Positions 36,603 through 39,323 of a DNA stretch of 39,323 bases are shown here, in pieces; position 1 is the stretch's first letter, and each line of letters begins with the position of its first letter. The notes under the pieces were generated by a model, which was not told where the DNA came from, made no database searches, and was given only the letters and a program-made list of their open reading frames with translations. Origin of the DNA: Basidiobolus ranarum (taxonomy: Eukaryota); contig JASJQH010006918.1 of assembly GCA_040143965.1 (NCBI GenBank), positions 1-39,323 on the forward strand, read 5' to 3'. Both the position numbers and the translations under genes were made by a program.

Positions 36603-38180
36603 ATGAATCCACGTATACGTTATTCCCTTACCGACCTTGAAAATCAATACTACAACCAAGGGAACAAAAAGCCCTTGGAAGACCTGGTCAGGGCATTCCA
36701 AGGTATTCAAAAACTTCCCCCCACCGACCCGAATTCATTCTTCGTAATTGGTGGTTACCATGGTGAGCCTTTCAGAGGCGCGGGCTGGGGAAGTTCACAG
36801 TGGTGGGGAGGTTACTGTAATCATGGCAATGTTCTCTTCCCCACTTGGCACCGCGCATATTGCCTACGGATCGAACAAGCTTTACAAAGTATTCCAGGTT
36901 GTGAAGATGTGATGCTTCCATTCTGGGATGAGGCCTCAGAAGATCCTCAGCTTCTCGGTGTGCCAACTATTCCAAGTATCCTAACCCAAGAAACATTCGA
37001 ACTCGATAATGTTACGATCAATAATCCTCTTAAAAGTTATAGTTTCCAACAAAGCATTACCAGTAATGTGGCCACGACCCCGGGAGTCCCAAATCCTAAC
37101 TACAGCAAGAATCTAGGATATACGACTGTGCGATATCCGCTGTCTGGACTGGTGGGCACTGAGAAGGATCGAAAAGAAACAGAGATACACAACGCTCAAT
37201 TCAAGGACCCTGTCGAAAATGTTCGCCTTCTCAATGAGAATGTTCATGATTGGCTGACTGGTGGTATCGTGATGCCGGATGGTTACCAGCCAAAATTCAC
37301 GATTGAAAAGTATAGGAGATCTCTCGACGCCCCAAATTACACAGTGTTTTCCAACACTACCTCATCTCAACAATGGAATCAAGATCGTACGGATGCTCTT
37401 GTAAATGTTCCACTCGAGAGCCCACATAATGATATCCATCTTGCTGTTGGCGGCTTTGATATCAAGGATATCTCTGACGCCAGCCCCATCTCAGGTGCCA
37501 ACGGTGACATGGGGGAGAACGATACTGCGGGCCTTGATCCTATCTTCTTCTTCCATCATGCGTTCGTCGATCGCGTCTTTTGGCTCTGGCAGAAGAAGCA
37601 TAATAAAACTGATGACCTGGATATCATTGATGCGTATCCTGGAACAAATTCTGTGGACAGCCAGGGACCAACACCAGGGGTAGCAGGTGGTACCTGGCTC
37701 ACTCTTGATTCTGCTCTTGCTCCTTTCAAAAAACTAGATGGTTCTGGTCAACCGATGACTTCGAACGACGTGGTCAATATCGAAACTCAACTAGGTTACA
37801 CATACGGCCCTGGATCTCTAGAGAAGTTACCTGAGAAAACCCCAAGTGATGTATCTCCCGATAAGATGTTGCGCGTTGCAAATATCAATCGTGGTGCCAT
37901 TGGTGGATCGTTCATGGTATCCGTTTGGGCTACAAAGGACGGTAAAGATCACTTAGTGGGAACAGAGTCTATCCTTAGCCGCTGGAATGTTAGTGGTTGC
38001 GCCAACTGTCAGGCTCATCTCGACGTGAAAGTGTTCTTGGAGATACCCAGAGTGCTCGAAGATGCGACCGAATTCAAATCTCGTCTACATACGCGCAAGA
38101 TCGCCAGCAATGAACTTACGAGACCTCTGGATCCACCAATAACAGATGTGGTGCATAAAATATCTAATCTCCCAGGCTAA
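36603..38180 (+). CDS. Tyrosinase (type-3 copper) with C-terminal shielding domain, intronless
   Basis: CuA site YHGEPF...YCNHGNVLFPTWHRAY, CuB site ESPHNDIHLAVGG...DPIFFFHHAFVD, YTY motif and C-terminal CANC. Confidence 0.93.
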   Translation: MNPRIRYSLTDLENQYYNQGNKKPLEDLVRAFQGIQKLPPTDPNSFFVIGGYHGEPFRGAGWGSSQWWGGYCNHGNVLFPTWHRAYCLRIEQALQSIPGCEDVMLPFWDEASEDPQLLGVPTIPSILTQETFELDNVTINNPLKSYSFQQSITSNVATTPGVPNPNYSKNLGYTTVRYPLSGLVGTEKDRKETEIHNAQFKDPVENVRLLNENVHDWLTGGIVMPDGYQPKFTIEKYRRSLDAPNYTVFSNTTSSQQWNQDRTDALVNVPLESPHNDIHLAVGGFDIKDISDASPISGANGDMGENDTAGLDPIFFFHHAFVDRVFWLWQKKHNKTDDLDIIDAYPGTNSVDSQGPTPGVAGGTWLTLDSALAPFKKLDGSGQPMTSNDVVNIETQLGYTYGPGSLEKLPEKTPSDVSPDKMLRVANINRGAIGGSFMVSVWATKDGKDHLVGTESILSRWNVSGCANCQAHLDVKVFLEIPRVLEDATEFKSRLHTRKIASNELTRPLDPPITDVVHKISNLPG

Positions 38181-38530
38181 GTCCAAAAATTCTATTGGAA
38201 AATGGAGCAAACTCAGTTAGCTCTTAGGCGCCTTTATCTTTCGCTTGACAAATTATTGCTACGGTGTCGAATTCATTTACTAAATATGTTAGCCACAAAT
38301 TATGAAATAAACGGTATGCTTTGCGCTGCTTTTGCTAATGAGTTATCCTCAATATGGATATCTAGCTTATATAACCAGCAATCCTTCAACTATCAATCTT
38401 TGTCAACTTAATTTGATAGCTGATCTTGGTAAGACTGTCATTATAAGTTGCTCAATAAATGCAACTAACTTCCCCTTCCTGCCACTAAAAACTAATGAGA
38501 TATTCAAGCAATAAAGCTAACCTGTCTAAT

Positions 38531-38961
38531 TGTTGAAGTTTATTGTCTTTATCATATTTGTTATCTCTATCTTTATACACCTAACTATTTCATATATCAC
38601 ATATAAGTTAGTTAACATTACTTAGTCAAATATCACTTAGCTGAAAATTGGAACATATATTATATATATGTGAATAATGTGAGAATTAGCAATTCCATAT
38701 TGGAATTTCAAACTTATCCAAATTGCCCCAAACATAGCCCATTTTACTCCCACAGATGTTCTAAACATAACCCCAGTGTTAGTTTTCTGTATTTCCACCA
38801 AAATGTATAAATGCTTCATTTCTGGACAATAAATAATTATATCACAAAGCTATTCACAACTTCACTTTTCTAAAGTTTCTCCAAACAGCCCATATCTTCC
38901 CAATAGGTTATGAGGCCTGTGTTCTAATCTTTAAACATGATAAAGCCAATAAACCTTAACA
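38531..38961 (-). mobile_element. 3' LTR of a Ty1/copia retrotransposon (about 431 bp)
   Basis: On the minus strand it begins TGTTAAG directly after a PPT (GAGTGGGAG, 38970-38962) and ends CTTCAACA, with AATAAA near its 3' end. The left boundary is inferred from the terminal inverted repeat only. Confidence 0.7.
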
Positions 38962-38972
38962 CTCCCACTCAA

Positions 38973-39323
38973 CTAAATATTCATACATCTTAATCCCAAC
39001 TTAAATCTTAATTCTTCAAATTTAGGCTTGGGTAATGGTTTAATAAGGATGTCAGCAATCATGTCCTTAGTTGAACAGTACTCCATTTAGACATGCTTAT
39101 TCTCAATAGCTTCCCTAACAAAGTGATGTTGAATGTCCATGTGCTTACTTCTAGCATGAGATTTGGGATTTTTAGCTAAAGAAATACAACTTTGATTATC
39201 CTTAAAAGTTATGGTGGGTGAACTTTGAAGAATTTCCAAGTCTTTAAACAGCTTCCTCAAGCATATAGCCTCCTTTGTTGTATATGACACTGCGATGTAT
39301 TCTGCTTCAGTGGGTGGTTGGTG
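38973..39323 (-). mobile_element. Ty1/copia pol RNase H C-terminus, degenerate, continuing beyond the window
   Basis: TEAEYIA...DNQSCISLAKNPKSHARSKHMDIQHHFVRE...*MEYCSTKDMIADILIKPL, with a premature stop at 39087-39089. Confidence 0.92.

Overview
AT-rich eukaryotic DNA with many short introns, most consistent with an early-diverging fungus (Zoopagomycota/Mucoromycota-like; inferred from gene content and a minor-spliceosome intron). Gene order: decayed ORF relic; intronless KdsD/GutQ-type SIS+CBS isomerase (-); PRP46/PLRG1 (+); TVP23 (-); secreted AA11 LPMO with a 78-bp repeat linker (+); MATA-type HMG-box factor (-); SYG1/XPR1 (-); SCC2/NIPBL (+); a non-coding host gene (+); PHD-finger protein (-); Aa_trans permease (+); cytosolic Hsp70 (-); pirin (+); tRNA-Thr(CGU); tyrosinase (+); the 3' end of a Ty1/copia element with PPT and LTR (-). 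The standout is the ORF-free stretch at 23.1-25.3 kb. It reads as a spliced non-coding gene in which each of nine introns carries a near-identical 79-nt box C/D snoRNA of the snR13/U15 type, antisense to the LSU rRNA A2280/A2281 region. Also notable are an AT-AC U12 intron in the permease and a tRNA-Thr with an elongator-Met-like body. All calls come from reading the sequence; no searches were run.
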